Shown: positions 21,603 to 33,910, numbered from the whole stretch's first letter. The stretch is DNA of 59,761 nucleotides, filler included, from Nemertoderma westbladi (GCA_032718475.1; 3 parts of 3 records of this genome joined end to end with filler, not necessarily neighbours in it); one strand, 5' to 3'. Notes: generated by a model not told the origin, from the sequence alone. Made by a program: numbers and translations.

Positions 21603-23339
21603 TCAGTTACTATTGTCCGCCCACGCAGTCCCATCTCTTGGTTGATACTCGTAAGGACAAGCGCCGATATATACCGGCTCGGCGGCCACGCCCCTTCGCA
21701 GCATGCGGCAACGGTGGGCAACCAATCGGGAAGCTGCGGCGGCGGTGTCATTCACTGATTGGTTGCTCCACAGTCGCTCGGCAACGGCGGAGGCCCTGGG
21801 CCACAGACGCGGCGTGAGATTCGTGGCGTCCACCAACTCACCCCACAGACACGCCTCCCCGCCAATCACAAGATTCTTCTGGGCGGCGGTGCCGTTGAAA
21901 TTATGCGGATCCTGAGTGTAATACCTCATCCAATCCTGGCCGTAACTGATGTAGTCCAAGTACCAAAACCCCGAGACCAGGGTCTGGTATCCCAGGGCTG
22001 TGATCTTAGCTACCTCTTTCTGGAAACCAGGGCCACCCCCTATCCAAGCCTGAACCACCGCGTCCGCTTGTACCGTGCAGTTGTTATCTATAACATCCTG
22101 CCATATTATATACTTTCTAGCCGGGGTCACCTTGGATACAATGCTGAGCAAACGATTCTCGTAATATTCTTCTAGTTTCGCGTAGTTTCCAGGGAAACCC
22201 TTTTGCTTCATGAATTTCGTAATATTTGGGTTGCTCGTCCAACAACTCCAACTGACTTCGTCGCCCCCAAGGTGTATGAAGTCATCAGGGAAGACAGTGG
22301 CGACTTCGGTGAAAAACTTAGTGAGGAACTCGAAGGTGCTCTCTTGCGAGGGATCCGCGTTCTGCCTGAATCCCGTTGGTTTGCCTTTCGCGTCGCAACA
22401 AGCCGTTAGGAATTCCGGGATTCCTTTCCCCCACGACTCCGTGTGTCCCGGCGTATCGAACTCGGGGATCACTCGAATTCCACGGAGGCGTGCGAATTCA
22501 ATGACGTCACGGATGTCCTCTCGCGTGATGATGTGCGTTATAGGATCGTAAGCGCCCTTCGCAGACATCTGCGGGAACACGTAAGATTGATACGGGAACG
22601 CCTGCATATCGACAATATGCCAGTGGAAAACGTTGAACTTATTCCACGACATAATTTCTAGGTTTTCTTTAATGGTACTCATTGGTAAGATGTGTCGCGA
22701 TGTATCAAGAAGGATCCCCCGGTGTTTAAACCTCGGTTTGTCCACTGTTGTGGACCCGTTAATTAGAAGTTGTCCACTCGGCAATTCGTATACAAGCTGT
22801 GAGAAGGTCTCCAGACCCCTCAGGGCCCCCCAAACCTCCAAGGCAACGAGACTAGAAGAATTTGGTTTCACCATTAGCGTGTAACTTTCGTCCATTTCCA
22901 AACTTGGGACTTCGTCAGTGCACGGTTTTTTGATCAATAACATTAGTGTATTAACTGCGCCATCTGGCGTTGCTTCCCATGAACTTTCTCTTCGAGGTCG
23001 TTTCACTCTTTGAACTCCAGGTGGCGAATTAAATATGTAATTATAGTAACGTTGAAAAGCCAATTCGAGAATCGTGCAAGGTTGGTAGTAACTTGATGAG
23101 AATTTGAAATTCCCTGGCCCGATTGTCAATCTGATGGCGTTGTCATTGTAATTTTGCGGTTGCGGCCACACTTGCCCATGGTCTGGCACCATTAGCGGGG
23201 TGGCTGTAAACTCATCAATGTTTTTTACATCGTAAACTTCCCCGTTTTCTTCTGTCCGTTCGAAAGCATTCCTTTTCTCTCTACTTGCTAGTGTTACAGC
23301 AATAAGCAAGCTTATAACAAGTAAATGTTTCAGATTCAT
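21603..23339 (-). CDS. HEXB: beta-hexosaminidase (GH20, HEXA/HEXB family), single coding exon, 578 aa
   Basis: ATG at 23339 with signal peptide MNLKHLLVISLLIAVTLA; motifs VWPQP, RGILLDTSRH, HWHIVD, EFDTPGH, catalytic HLGGDE, WYLDYISYG, GGEACLWGE and RLWPRASAVAERLWS. AATAAA about 16 nt after the stop. Alpha versus beta orthology is unresolved; the WYLD(Y) motif is beta-like. Confidence 0.95.
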   Translation of the reverse strand: MNLKHLLVISLLIAVTLASREKRNAFERTEENGEVYDVKNIDEFTATPLMVPDHGQVWPQPQNYNDNAIRLTIGPGNFKFSSSYYQPCTILELAFQRYYNYIFNSPPGVQRVKRPRRESSWEATPDGAVNTLMLLIKKPCTDEVPSLEMDESYTLMVKPNSSSLVALEVWGALRGLETFSQLVYELPSGQLLINGSTTVDKPRFKHRGILLDTSRHILPMSTIKENLEIMSWNKFNVFHWHIVDMQAFPYQSYVFPQMSAKGAYDPITHIITREDIRDVIEFARLRGIRVIPEFDTPGHTESWGKGIPEFLTACCDAKGKPTGFRQNADPSQESTFEFLTKFFTEVATVFPDDFIHLGGDEVSWSCWTSNPNITKFMKQKGFPGNYAKLEEYYENRLLSIVSKVTPARKYIIWQDVIDNNCTVQADAVVQAWIGGGPGFQKEVAKITALGYQTLVSGFWYLDYISYGQDWMRYYTQDPHNFNGTAAQKNLVIGGEACLWGELVDATNLTPRLWPRASAVAERLWSNQSVNDTAAAASRLVAHRCRMLRRGVAAEPVYIGACPYEYQPRDGTAWADNSN

Positions 23340-24997
23340 ATTTAGAACAGAATATGAGAATAGAGTCACTAACAGTAGGTGCGGTTCCTTTCCGTATTAT
23401 TTAATAACGGAAATCACATATTATAAATGTAATTTCGTAGCAATGTTGACATACATAGGTAAATTACCGTACATTTCCATAGAAAATATTCTCAAACAAG
23501 CAAACATTGACCATCAGTCAAACACTCATGATAACCATCTCATCTCGCAAAATGATGTGTTTAGACTTGCAATATATATTTATTGTATATAATACAGCAT
23601 GTTGCAGGTCGGTGCAGTGCAGATAGTAGCGTACATTGACCTCAAGTAAAGAGTGATCTCCCGCGCAAATTGATCGCATATGAACTATAGAACTGAAGTT
23701 TGTTTATTGTTTTGGTTAGAAAATACCGCCACTATTACATGCTCCTTTCCCTTAATATTTTAAATTAAATTAATTTTTAAACGCATTAAACACGTAGCTG
23801 GTATTCGTGGTAATTTTGCGCAATTAACTCACATAGCGTGTTAACTTCTTGACAAGAATTTGTTCAGATTTTCAATTTCTGTGACAAAAGGCGTAGATAT
23901 AACAATATATTTATTTTATATAATTAATTAATTATAATTAATTATAATTAATTATAATTAATTATATATAATTATTTTATTTTATATACAAGTGCACTTT
24001 AGCAGATCGTAATGGTGGTTCTTATTTAACAAACTTATGTTTATCCTCTACCGATCTACGAAGGTGTATGATCAAGTGTCAGTCGCTAAAAGTGTCAAAA
24101 ATCAAATTTAAAAAATCTCGACATTTGCGATTTTGGACAATATTAAAAGACATTTTAAGTCACTTTATTGACATAAAAAGTTGAACAAATGTTACGATTA
24201 TATTTAGAAATCACTCCAAACATAATAGTATATTCTAGTATAATACAGTAGTAGGCCTATATATTATAATAATAATAATAGTGTTTGAAATATAGAAAAA
24301 ATGTGCACTTTTTAAGTGCATTTTGCACTAAGTGCACATACGTCTTTTCCCAAGTTGTATCCTATTTCATACACTACGATCTATCCTCTATCCAACGAAA
24401 AAAGTTTCAGATCAAACGCCCCAGTAGAACCGAAGTTATTGATGTTTAAAAATAGTCACTCGAAAATTTCAAATTCGTTAGGTCACGTAGTCGAGTGATT
24501 ATCAATCACGTTATTGAAACCTAAGTTCGTGGGTACGAAATCCAATATTGACCATTCTTAATTTTTTGCAAAAAAAATTATTTTTATTTTTTCACTAAAA
24601 TCGCTCTAACTTCGGTTCTGATGGTACAAATTCAATAAAATTAGTATATTCTTTGCCGTAATTTTTTTTCTATCTTTTGAGAGGGGGTCATTTTTGGCCC
24701 CAAAAAAAATTAAAAAAAGGGCCAAAATGACGCGATATTTTTCGACCCTTAAATTCGTAATTTTAATTATAAATTTCAAGAAAAAAGATAGCGGAGTTAA
24801 TATGCTAGTAGTAGTAGTTTATTGTCATAATTAACATTCAAAATAATATACGGCACAAACTAACTATAAATTAACTATAAATTTTCATCAGACATACATC
24901 GAAAACTTTAAACAATATTATCCAAAAATACCCTGTTAATTTGACCTTTTATAATATGAACATAATATTTACTGAATCATAGGTTTTATATAATATA

Positions 24998-25221
24998 CTA
25001 GCAGGCAATACCCGAGACATGTTACCCGGTATTTCCCGCTACCGGCATAGGCCTACTGGCGTACTGGTACCGGTATAGGCCTACTGACGTACCGGTACAT
25101 AGTACCTGTACCGAACGTGAATTAAACTTTTCGAAAAGTGGCCTATAACGACCGCTGGTTAAAGTTATACACACATGCCAAGTTCCAGCGCAATCCCTCT
25201 GCCCGTTTTGGAGGAGTTCGA

Positions 25222-25252
<31 letters not shown>

Positions 25253-25274
25253 ATTTGATTTTTATAGGTATAGA
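24998..25274 (-). mobile_element. non-autonomous Helitron (277 bp)
   Basis: Minus strand begins A|TCTATACC with a (TC)n tract and ends CTAG|T, with an imperfect hairpin (AATACCGGG...CTCGGGTATT) a few nt before the end. No TSD. Confidence 0.75.
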
Positions 25275-25577
25275 TTAATTAATTAACTGTATAATACTGA
25301 TAAAGCACAAAATATAAATCTGCATACCTCCTTTAACTTGTTCTCCTTTAAATCGTTCTCAGTGAAAAATACACCAATGTGAGGTTTTACATTTTAGAGG
25401 TAGTTTTGGCGCAAAAAGCTAAATTATAATAGGGTAGCGAATTATTAAGAAAAAACATTTTTCGACCCTTTTTTATAAATATTATATTTCACACGATTAG
25501 CTGCAGATCAACAAGTTAAACATAACCTTATTACTACTACTAAGTAAGAATGGAATCACTGCTTTGTTTATATTGTA

Positions 25578-25741
25578 AGGAGCCTGCGCGAACGCAAGCT
25601 CCAGCTAACACAAATTTAGCACCCGAGTTTCCTCGATTTGAGAAAATCGCAGGGGTCAACCCAAGCGGAGTGCAATGCAAGGGCCTCATCCTGGGGGAAC
25701 CGCATTCTTGATCGTGGTTAACCCCTGTGCCAGGTAAGTAT
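25578..25741 (-). ncRNA. U1: U1 spliceosomal snRNA
   Basis: 5' ATACTTACCTGG, loop I GATCAAGAAT, loop II ATTGCACTCC, Sm site AATTTGTG and terminal stem with a TTCG tetraloop; about 164 nt. Confidence 0.95.
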
Positions 25742-26486
25742 GAAAGAAGATGTAAACGTTAGTTGATATAGTAACTTTGGGTGTAATAATGAAGTAATTT
25801 TTTAATAATATTCCTTATTTCACCTAGTAGATAATACTGATTCTGATAATAATTGCTTGTTTCTAGCGGAGAATCATTATTATATTAATCATCTACAATT
25901 GTTTCCATTTATTACCACACAGTACAGTTGATAAACTATTATCATATACCTTTTATTCATTTGTAATATAAATGTGTAGCAGATGTCATCATTCGTCAGT
26001 ATGTGTTCCTTCCTATCTGTTCCTTATGGAATATTTTGTAGGCAGTTGTCTCGATATTAATCATCCAATCTACCCCGTGGATGTAGTATAAAATATAGTT
26101 GAAACCCAAACCAGTCCGTGAGACAAATTTATTATTATTAATGAAAATTCGATTAACATATATTGAATGGTGTGATCATTCGAGGGTAAATTATATAGAA
26201 TGTGGTAATTTTGTGCATCCCACCCAATTAGACTCGCCCCAGTTACAATGTCATTATGTTTGTTTTTAAGACACCGGAGTGCTGTGTATCATTCTGTGCT
26301 ATTTTAAGAGTGAAAGTAGCAGATATTTTGAGCTTCTCGGCAAAATACTGGTTCAAATAAAACAAATTGTATGGCGTTCATTTAGGATCAATATTCAATG
26401 CTTTAATATTTTCGCTCAGTAAGTAGGCCTATACCTTCAGTAATAAAGACATAATTATGATGAAAACCTTATTTTTTGTTTTTTTT

Positions 26487-27033
26487 TACTGTTCTTTAAT
26501 TTAATTAACGTAGGCGTACTGTCCTTTAATTTAATTAACGTAGGCGTACTGTCCTTTAATTTAATTAACGTAGGCGTACTGTCCTTTAATTTAATTAACG
26601 TAGGCGTACTGTCCTTTAATTTAATTAACGTAGGCGTACTGTCCTTTAATTTAATTAACGTAGGCGTACTGTCCTTTAATTTAATTAACGTAGGCGTACT
26701 GTCCTTTAATTTAATTAACGTAGGCGTACTGTCCTTTAATTTAATTAACGTAGGCGTACTGTCCTTTAATTTAATTAACGTAGGCGTACTGTCCTTTAAT
26801 TTAATTAACGTAGGCGTACTGTCCTTTAATTTAATTAACGTAGGCGTACTGTCCTTTAATTTAATTAACGTAGGCGTACTGTCCTTTAATTTAATTAACG
26901 TAGGCGTACTGTCCTTTAATTTAATTAACGTAGGCGTACTGTCCTTTAATTTAATTAACGTAGGCGTACTGTCCTTTAATTTAATTAACGTAGGCGTACT
27001 GTCCTTTAATTTAATTAACGTAGGCGTACTGTC
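26487..27033. repeat. 30-bp minisatellite, about 18 near-identical copies
   Basis: Unit TACTGTCCTTTAATTTAATTAACGTAGGCG. Confidence 0.97.
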
Positions 27034-27243
27034 AATACGACTTTCAACCAGAATCATCGAATATTTTTTGAATTCTATCACTGAAATAATTTTCAGTGAT
27101 AGCAGTGACTTACTGAAGCAGTGAGTAGGCCTAAATGAATTAATGAAAGATAAAGTTTGAACACCGAAATAATAATACAGTTTATAAATTACTGAAAGTA
27201 TACTTCTACTGAATTAAATACATTAGAGCACTGAACATTGGCT

Positions 27244-28875
27244 CTAAAGAGAAGCCACATCGGCGCTCCCGTGTCCGTCATCCGAACTCCTACCGACTAA
27301 GTAACGCGGTTGTACCGCTACATTAACCACGGTGTCGTCACCGTTTACTATCACGAACGAGCCCCTCATACGAACAACGCAATTCGCTGCAGAAGCGGTC
27401 CAAGAATGCCGTCCGAGTGTAAGGGAATTGAGCGAAGAACAAAGATACAACAACCGCTGTATCACACCGACACTAACTCGGGTGTCCGGGTGGATCAGTA
27501 TGCCGCTTATTCGGGGGCAGTACGGGAACATACAGAACAGATTGTCGGCGTGAACCGCACTGCCCAAACTCAAGTTACTCAAGTTTGGAAGATTCATCGC
27601 TAAAGTCGATATACCAATCGCTGTGATGTATTCGCATTGAGTGATATTCAACGTGGATAAAAGAGGCATCAGAGAAATCGAGGTAATTCCTTTATCTGTA
27701 ATATACGCGGCGGGTATTACAAATACTTTCAGTTTACAGCATTTAGCGATTATTGTTAGGTGGTGGTCCGTTACTGCAAGCGCTTCCGGTTTCAAAATTA
27801 AACTTTCGAGATGACTGCAATATGTCTGTAAACATTGGAACAGCACGCTAAGCATTCCTTGGGAACGCAACAATACTTTATGATTATCAACAGAGAAATT
27901 GCGGAGGTTTTCGCAGTTTCCCAGACAATCGCACAATCCATGCTCTGTGACGTAATTCGTGTTCACGTGATGCAGCATCTCCTTGGATTGGATTACCAGA
28001 GCGGTGAGACACGGGAATCGCTCTGACATGACGATGAACTGTTTGTCGAATCCGTTGGCGTCCGAGAGGCCGTGAGCGTGGAACTCGGTGAGCGCGGGGA
28101 ACTCGTCCTGCAGCGCGATGTATATGGGGCCGGTTAACCCCTGGATATCATGTTCCATAACCGCAGTCGCCCGGGAAACTAAACGAAGTTTGGGTTCGTG
28201 CGATGCGTCGTTATGGTGATCCTGTTGGACATCAGGGCTCTCATTGGATGGAGACGAGGTATATTGGAAGCGAATCATAAGTCTGCTGCTATTTGGTAAT
28301 TTCTTCATCAATCGATAAAGTAATTTGCTTTTAATAGTCAACTCTGTGAGAAACATCCACCGATAAAATATAAACCGAAATTTAACATCGTCGCGCAATG
28401 CGAGATAAGGTGGTCTGTAGTCCAGTACCAATACAACCCGCTTATTGTAGAATTCCTCAACTACCTTATGTTCTATATTCACGTGTCCGTAAACGTCAAC
28501 CATCGCTAAAGTAGGTATGCCTTTTACCACAGACACTAACCGACAGTTTGTATCATCAGCGGGGAACTTTGCCATTTTATGAATAGTTAAATATTTTAAC
28601 TTTTTAAATGTAGACGTTCGGGAATAGTTTAATAAGGAATCCAGGGTGGCTTCCCCCAATGTTAAATTCTCAACGTGGTCCCGCGCCACGGAAAATATAT
28701 GTAAATGAATCGCGGGGAACCACTGGCTGTTAACTATACTGAAACTTTTCCACAAAGACGAACAGAAGACTAACCTTTTCCATTTGCGGCAGACTTTAGC
28801 GCAAATGAATAATAGTTCTTCTTTGGGCAAACTGGAAAATATAATCTCAATAACTGAATCCGACAGCTCTTCCAT
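27244..28875 (-). CDS. F-box/leucine-rich-repeat protein, single coding exon, 543 aa
   Basis: N-terminal F-box LSDSVIEIIFSSLPKEELLFICAKVCRKWKRLVFCSSLWK; C-terminal cysteine-containing LRRs (CENLRNFSV, CSHLESLIL, ITDKGI, LSTLNITQCEYITAIGI). The ATG at 28875 is preceded by an acceptor-like TTATTTACACAG. Confidence 0.85.
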   Translation of the reverse strand: MEELSDSVIEIIFSSLPKEELLFICAKVCRKWKRLVFCSSLWKSFSIVNSQWFPAIHLHIFSVARDHVENLTLGEATLDSLLNYSRTSTFKKLKYLTIHKMAKFPADDTNCRLVSVVKGIPTLAMVDVYGHVNIEHKVVEEFYNKRVVLVLDYRPPYLALRDDVKFRFIFYRWMFLTELTIKSKLLYRLMKKLPNSSRLMIRFQYTSSPSNESPDVQQDHHNDASHEPKLRLVSRATAVMEHDIQGLTGPIYIALQDEFPALTEFHAHGLSDANGFDKQFIVMSERFPCLTALVIQSKEMLHHVNTNYVTEHGLCDCLGNCENLRNFSVDNHKVLLRSQGMLSVLFQCLQTYCSHLESLILKPEALAVTDHHLTIIAKCCKLKVFVIPAAYITDKGITSISLMPLLSTLNITQCEYITAIGISTLAMNLPNLSNLSLGSAVHADNLFCMFPYCPRISGILIHPDTRVSVGVIQRLLYLCSSLNSLTLGRHSWTASAANCVVRMRGSFVIVNGDDTVVNVAVQPRYLVGRSSDDGHGSADVASL

Positions 28876-31421
28876 CTGTGTAAATAACACTGGCGGTCTC
28901 TTGGTCAATTTAAAATTAAACTTTAATTTACACAAAATAGTTCAAGAACATTTTTCATTTTAACAATAAATTATTTCAGATAATGATGTCAGCAATTTGA
29001 TATACTCTAGCCCCACCCAAACTTGGCACATTGTATGTTTTTATGTCCATATATAAATTGTGACGACACAAGATACTTTAAAAGGAATCCATATTTGGCT
29101 AAAACCTTATAAACAAACACATCAGGGAGTATGAATGATTACAGTTTTGTTTTGTCCCAAGTTGTCAGACTAGATGTTCACCAACTTTCCACAAGATGTG
29201 AGTGGAATTTATAGCGAAGCACCATATTATGTTATATAGTCTGACTATTGTGTCCGTTAACACTAAAGTATGCGCTCCCATAGAGATTATATCCCCAGCA
29301 AAACGTCAAATTAAATTAAAGGCACATTAATTTGGTTGAAACAGGCTTTGGCGAGGTATTGATTGGTGATTATTGATACCCGTTGACCAATTTCAGCTGG
29401 GTGGCCTTTGCCTACCTCCAACGTATATTACCGCACCATTAGAAATATAAGTACCTTGGAATTTTAAATTCGATCAATAATTTATTTTAATCCTATAATA
29501 TCTCCCTTCCAAAGGCGAAACTGAAGTAATTTCCCCGTGCTGGGTTAGTCGTCAGCACAAGTATAATAGGATAGCTGCAGCACAACGCACTTCAACTTCA
29601 AAGATAATATATTTTATAGAAAATTATATTATATAATCTGACGAATAATAATTTATATTTACGTATGAATCATGCATCACTTGGCATGTATTCAGAGTTG
29701 CCACGCAACCTGTTGCATGTCACCCCACAATATTATTATCGTACTTAAAAGTTGGTAGTGTACAGGTGCCATTTTATAAATCGTAAACGGTTATCTATTA
29801 TTTAAATACAGTAAATTGTTTTTATTTTATTTTATGGCGATTATACAACAACAACATAATTAACAACATCATTATATTATAGTAATTGATTGATTGATGA
29901 TATGTAATAATGAGGGATTTAATTAATACTTTATTAAGAAAGCGTTTCCCAATGCTAAAGATCTGCTTTGATTAATTTTACTACATTATGGTTACTTGAC
30001 AACGTTCTGTCGGTATTTAACGGAGTGCTGTCAAGTTGAACTTGATTACACTGTATTACGGGAGCTCATGTGAAGTAGACCTTTGTGGCTGGGAAGAATA
30101 CCAGGTTTTCACTAAAAAACAGGTTACACATGGATGAATGTAACAAAAACAATAAACAATTTAGTATCTGTACAGGTTATACAGTATGATAAAAACAAGC
30201 GCTGTAAAACACTTAATTTTCGACCGCAAAATGAAAACCTGATATTCTTCACAGCGCGCAATACTGTTATTACATTAGTTGTTTAAATTAATTTTCGAGT
30301 AGAGATAAGTAATTTTCCATTTCATAGTTTAGTAATAGTGGAATAAGCAATGTATACAATATAGTCTATTATTACCGAAGTCAAACGTAGCGAAGATCAG
30401 TCTGCTTCGTATCTTACACTTGAACGTAACCTGATATGCTACGAAATAAGTTGCCTACAAGATATGGAATAACAAAGGTAATTAATATACGACAGAAAGA
30501 AAACGATATTATACGCAGTGCACGGAAATATAAGTTATAAGTTAGCAAGACCAAAGATCGTAAACATAGATGTGTGTCGTTTCGGACTGCAGGATATAGG
30601 GCTATTGTTAACATATTGTTAATGAGCATGTTACAGGAGCAGATTGCAGGAACCCAAATATAAACTTTGGAATTTAAACTGCGTCAATGTTAAAACTACC
30701 TGCTTAAAAAGTACGCATATGGGAATAGTCCTACTGTACAATTGCGCCAATGAAAGATAAGTTATTTTCGGTAAAATAAATTTATCATTCGAGGTTAAGA
30801 CCCCTGGATCCCTTCATATAATATATGTCAATGTCAATGACCTACAGTACAAGATTAGATCAATAAACCCGCAGTATGTAGGTGGTAATAATTTTGAGAG
30901 TTTTAGTAACTAACATTATTACCTGTACATGTTTAAACATCAGCAGTATTCCGATAACAGTAAAAGTTATCGGTAAACGAGTGAAATTCGAAACACCGGA
31001 GGCAACCCAAAAGCTCCTCTCTCTTGGCTGTTACCCTTAATGCAGGAAGGGCGCCGCACTAACTCCCAAGGTTGAACCCTCTAAAGTTGAAAACCTCACT
31101 TTCTTTACTCCACCAATAAAACGCAGATTCCAGTTATACTCTATGGGTTAGCGTAAGCACTATTGCCTAAAGTGTCTTGCTTAGGGATTCAAAAGTGCGA
31201 AATTTATTCAGCCGTTAGTCAGGATGTGAATCTGAGTCACCAAACACTATCTATGTGAGAGTAGTTCAGGACTCTGAGAGTTCACTTGGAAGCTAAAAGT
31301 ATTCAATTATACACATATGAAATGCTTATCGAATGTTTAGACCACGAAGGAAATCACGGTCTTACACATCCCATCTATTATCTTTACATTGATAGCCATA
31401 ACTAATTTATTTTCCACTCAG

Positions 31422-31709
31422 GTATTGCAACATTTAATATGCGTCACTGGTGATCTCCTACTACTACCTACCATAACGCAACTAAAAGATTCATTAATGA
31501 TGACAAATAACGTTGACGTTGATCAAACACTTCCCCGACAATCTTCCAGACTTACGTCGAAATCTCCAACATTTATTACGCCATTACATCGAGCTAACAT
31601 ACATCGAGCCCCGCGCAAGCTTGGAGTTAGAAGGCAGTCGCTAAAAGGTTTCGGTATAGAACAATCGTTCTCAAAACTCAAAATTCGTGAATCTCCACAT
31701 CTGGATCAG
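31422..31709 (+). CDS. IQ-motif gene exon 1 (candidate ATG 31497; may have an upstream exon)
   Basis: Acceptor TTTCCACTCAG, open frame, donor CAG|GTTAGA in phase 0. Confidence 0.6.
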
Positions 31710-31921
31710 GTTAGATGTTTTGGTCTAATATTTGTAGATTGTAGCACTTCATTACCATTTAGTTTCCTGTCTGAATCATTAATATAACTTTTATAATTAA
31801 TAAACTTTTAATAGTTTGTGGATCAAGGTATCTTTTTTGCGCAATATCTTTTTAAAACAAATAATAATAATAGTAGAATTTAGAGCGATAAAATGCATCG
31901 GCCAATAATTGTGTTTCATAG

Positions 31922-33334
31922 GACTTTGTAAATGGGAATCAACAAACATCTACCAATTATCAAATGATCCCATCGCCAGCGAAAGATCAATATGAGGAGG
32001 AGAATAAGAATAAAACCGAGCTTCATCGTTCAACGAGAAGAAAGTCTGGGAGGTTTAAAAGACAAAAACATATTGTTACGAAAACGAGTGTTGTTGCAGA
32101 TCAAGATATTAATAGGGAATTTCAGAGATCAACTGGAGATTCCAGATATGGTAAAATTCAGTACAGACTCCCACAATCTCACGGAGAAAGTACTAAACCG
32201 CAATCACGGCAATCTTCCTACCATTTTACACAATACGAGAATCCACTACTACCGTCGAAAACTGAATATATCTGCAGGGAAGTTTATCAGCCACATTCTC
32301 AATCGTATAAAAGATCACGAACTCAGAAACCTGGACCACCCATCGATCGTAACACTTATTATCAGTTACATTACGATGGATCTTGCAAGTTTGTTTTGGA
32401 TAACAACTTTAAATACAGTCAATTTGCCATGGTAAGCCATGATCAACGTTTATTGAACCCGACAAAACAACCACTTCAATTTGGTGGCAAACATACCTGG
32501 GATCTCTCTCAACAGGTTCACAATCAACAACTTGGTGTGTTGGACGATGGTGGACGCATCTTTTTCTCCAGTTCCAATTCCTCAATTCCAGGAAAATATG
32601 GCACAACAACAGCCACCAACGATCCGTCACTTGTTAATTTCAACGCCGATAGCAGCAATAATAATGCAGACTCAAGTGCAATAAGCAATGGTGTATCTAG
32701 ACAAAGTAATTGTATAATGCTTGGGAGTAAAAGTTCAAGCAATAGTACAATAAGCTCAGTAAGTAATGTACCAGAAGCAGATAACATCCAGGATAACTTC
32801 CCTATTAAAGTCCCGAACAATAAACTAGAAGATACGTGGTTCAATCTGCCTCACGCTTCTCTACCGAATCTTGAGGCGCCACCAAATTCGGCTAGGTCTT
32901 CGGAAGGAAGTTTAGGCGATTATACAACGCGACACGCGCACATCGATCAAATTACCGAACAAGATGATCAATCGAAACACTATTGTACCTCACTGAAGGT
33001 CCCTCTAGTAAACAACAGAAAACGACAAACTAGAAATCGGGTAGAAGTTGCCATGGCTACCGGACGAGATGGTGTTTCCGGGAAGAAATTTTCGTTAGCT
33101 AAACGGCCAGATAATAGTACCACCGGTCGGTTACGATTACCCGGAGAAACCGGAGATTTTGCTGTTCAGAGGAACGGAAAGGGAATCACTAGAAACACCG
33201 GAGATGCGGTTACTTTACATAACAATGTAAGAGGGGTGGTGTCTGCAGGAAGAAGAGAACAGCAGCAACCTCATTTGAGGAGCTCTGTAAATGTGTCATC
33301 GTTTGTTTATCGAAGGTTTAATAAGAGCATGCAG
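31922..33334 (+). CDS. IQ-motif gene exon 2 (low-complexity S/N/R-rich, 471 codons)
   Basis: Acceptor TGTTTCATAG, long ORF, donor CAG|GTAGGC in phase 0. Confidence 0.8.
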
Positions 33335-33577
33335 GTAGGCCAATACAATCTAACCAAACAATTTATTTAATTAAGGTTATTTTCTACCGGTACCGGTACC
33401 TATTAAAATACAATCAATGTATTTGTCATTATCTCCATTAGGCATTAAAAATGAAAGTTTTACTCTGTTTTACATATTATTGTTTAATATTACGAAATTA
33501 AATACAAATCATAAATTAATAATCTAATCATAAATTAGTAAACTACCAGTGGACTTATTTATCTCTTTACCTTTCAG

Positions 33578-33846
33578 GAAACTCCGATGCGAAAGCAGAC
33601 AAACAAGATTTACGGAAATAGTAGTGGGAGGCAATCTACTGTGTCCTCTACCGTCACTGATGATACCGGTACACAACATGGACTAGCTAGTGACGAGGGA
33701 TGGGCGAATACTTACAAGCACAAACGGAAGAGAGAAATAAGTCGGCACAGGAGGGAATTGAGTGCAAGAATTCGTAAGCAAGAGTTGGAATACAAAAGGA
33801 AAATGAAAAAAATAAACAAGACAGGCCCGACCGAGGGAATATTTCA
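33578..33846 (+). CDS. IQ-motif gene exon 3
   Basis: Acceptor TTACCTTTCAG, donor CA|GTAAGT in phase 2; encodes a basic helix ending KTGPTEGIF. Confidence 0.8.
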
Positions 33847-33910
33847 GTAAGTTGGAAGGAAAAACAATATGCCATAGTGAAATGGGTTTACTATTAGATG
33901 CATATATATA

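Noticed and set aside
23340-23369. N-terminal extensions of the HEX ORF (and of the F-box ORF, 28876-28935)
   Set aside because: They begin at GTG codons. The first ATGs give a proper signal peptide and an N-terminal F-box respectively.
24000-24800. Possible degraded DNA-transposon body
   Set aside because: The texture is suggestive, but no TIR pair, TSD or transposase motif could be identified.
26455-27081. 208-aa DSTPTLIKLK repeat protein
   Set aside because: Translation of a 30-bp minisatellite with no synonymous variation and a non-ATG start.
31000-31260. Possible SINE/LINE tail (AAGTGTCTTGCTTAGGGA motif)
   Set aside because: Too short and degenerate to assign without a repeat library.
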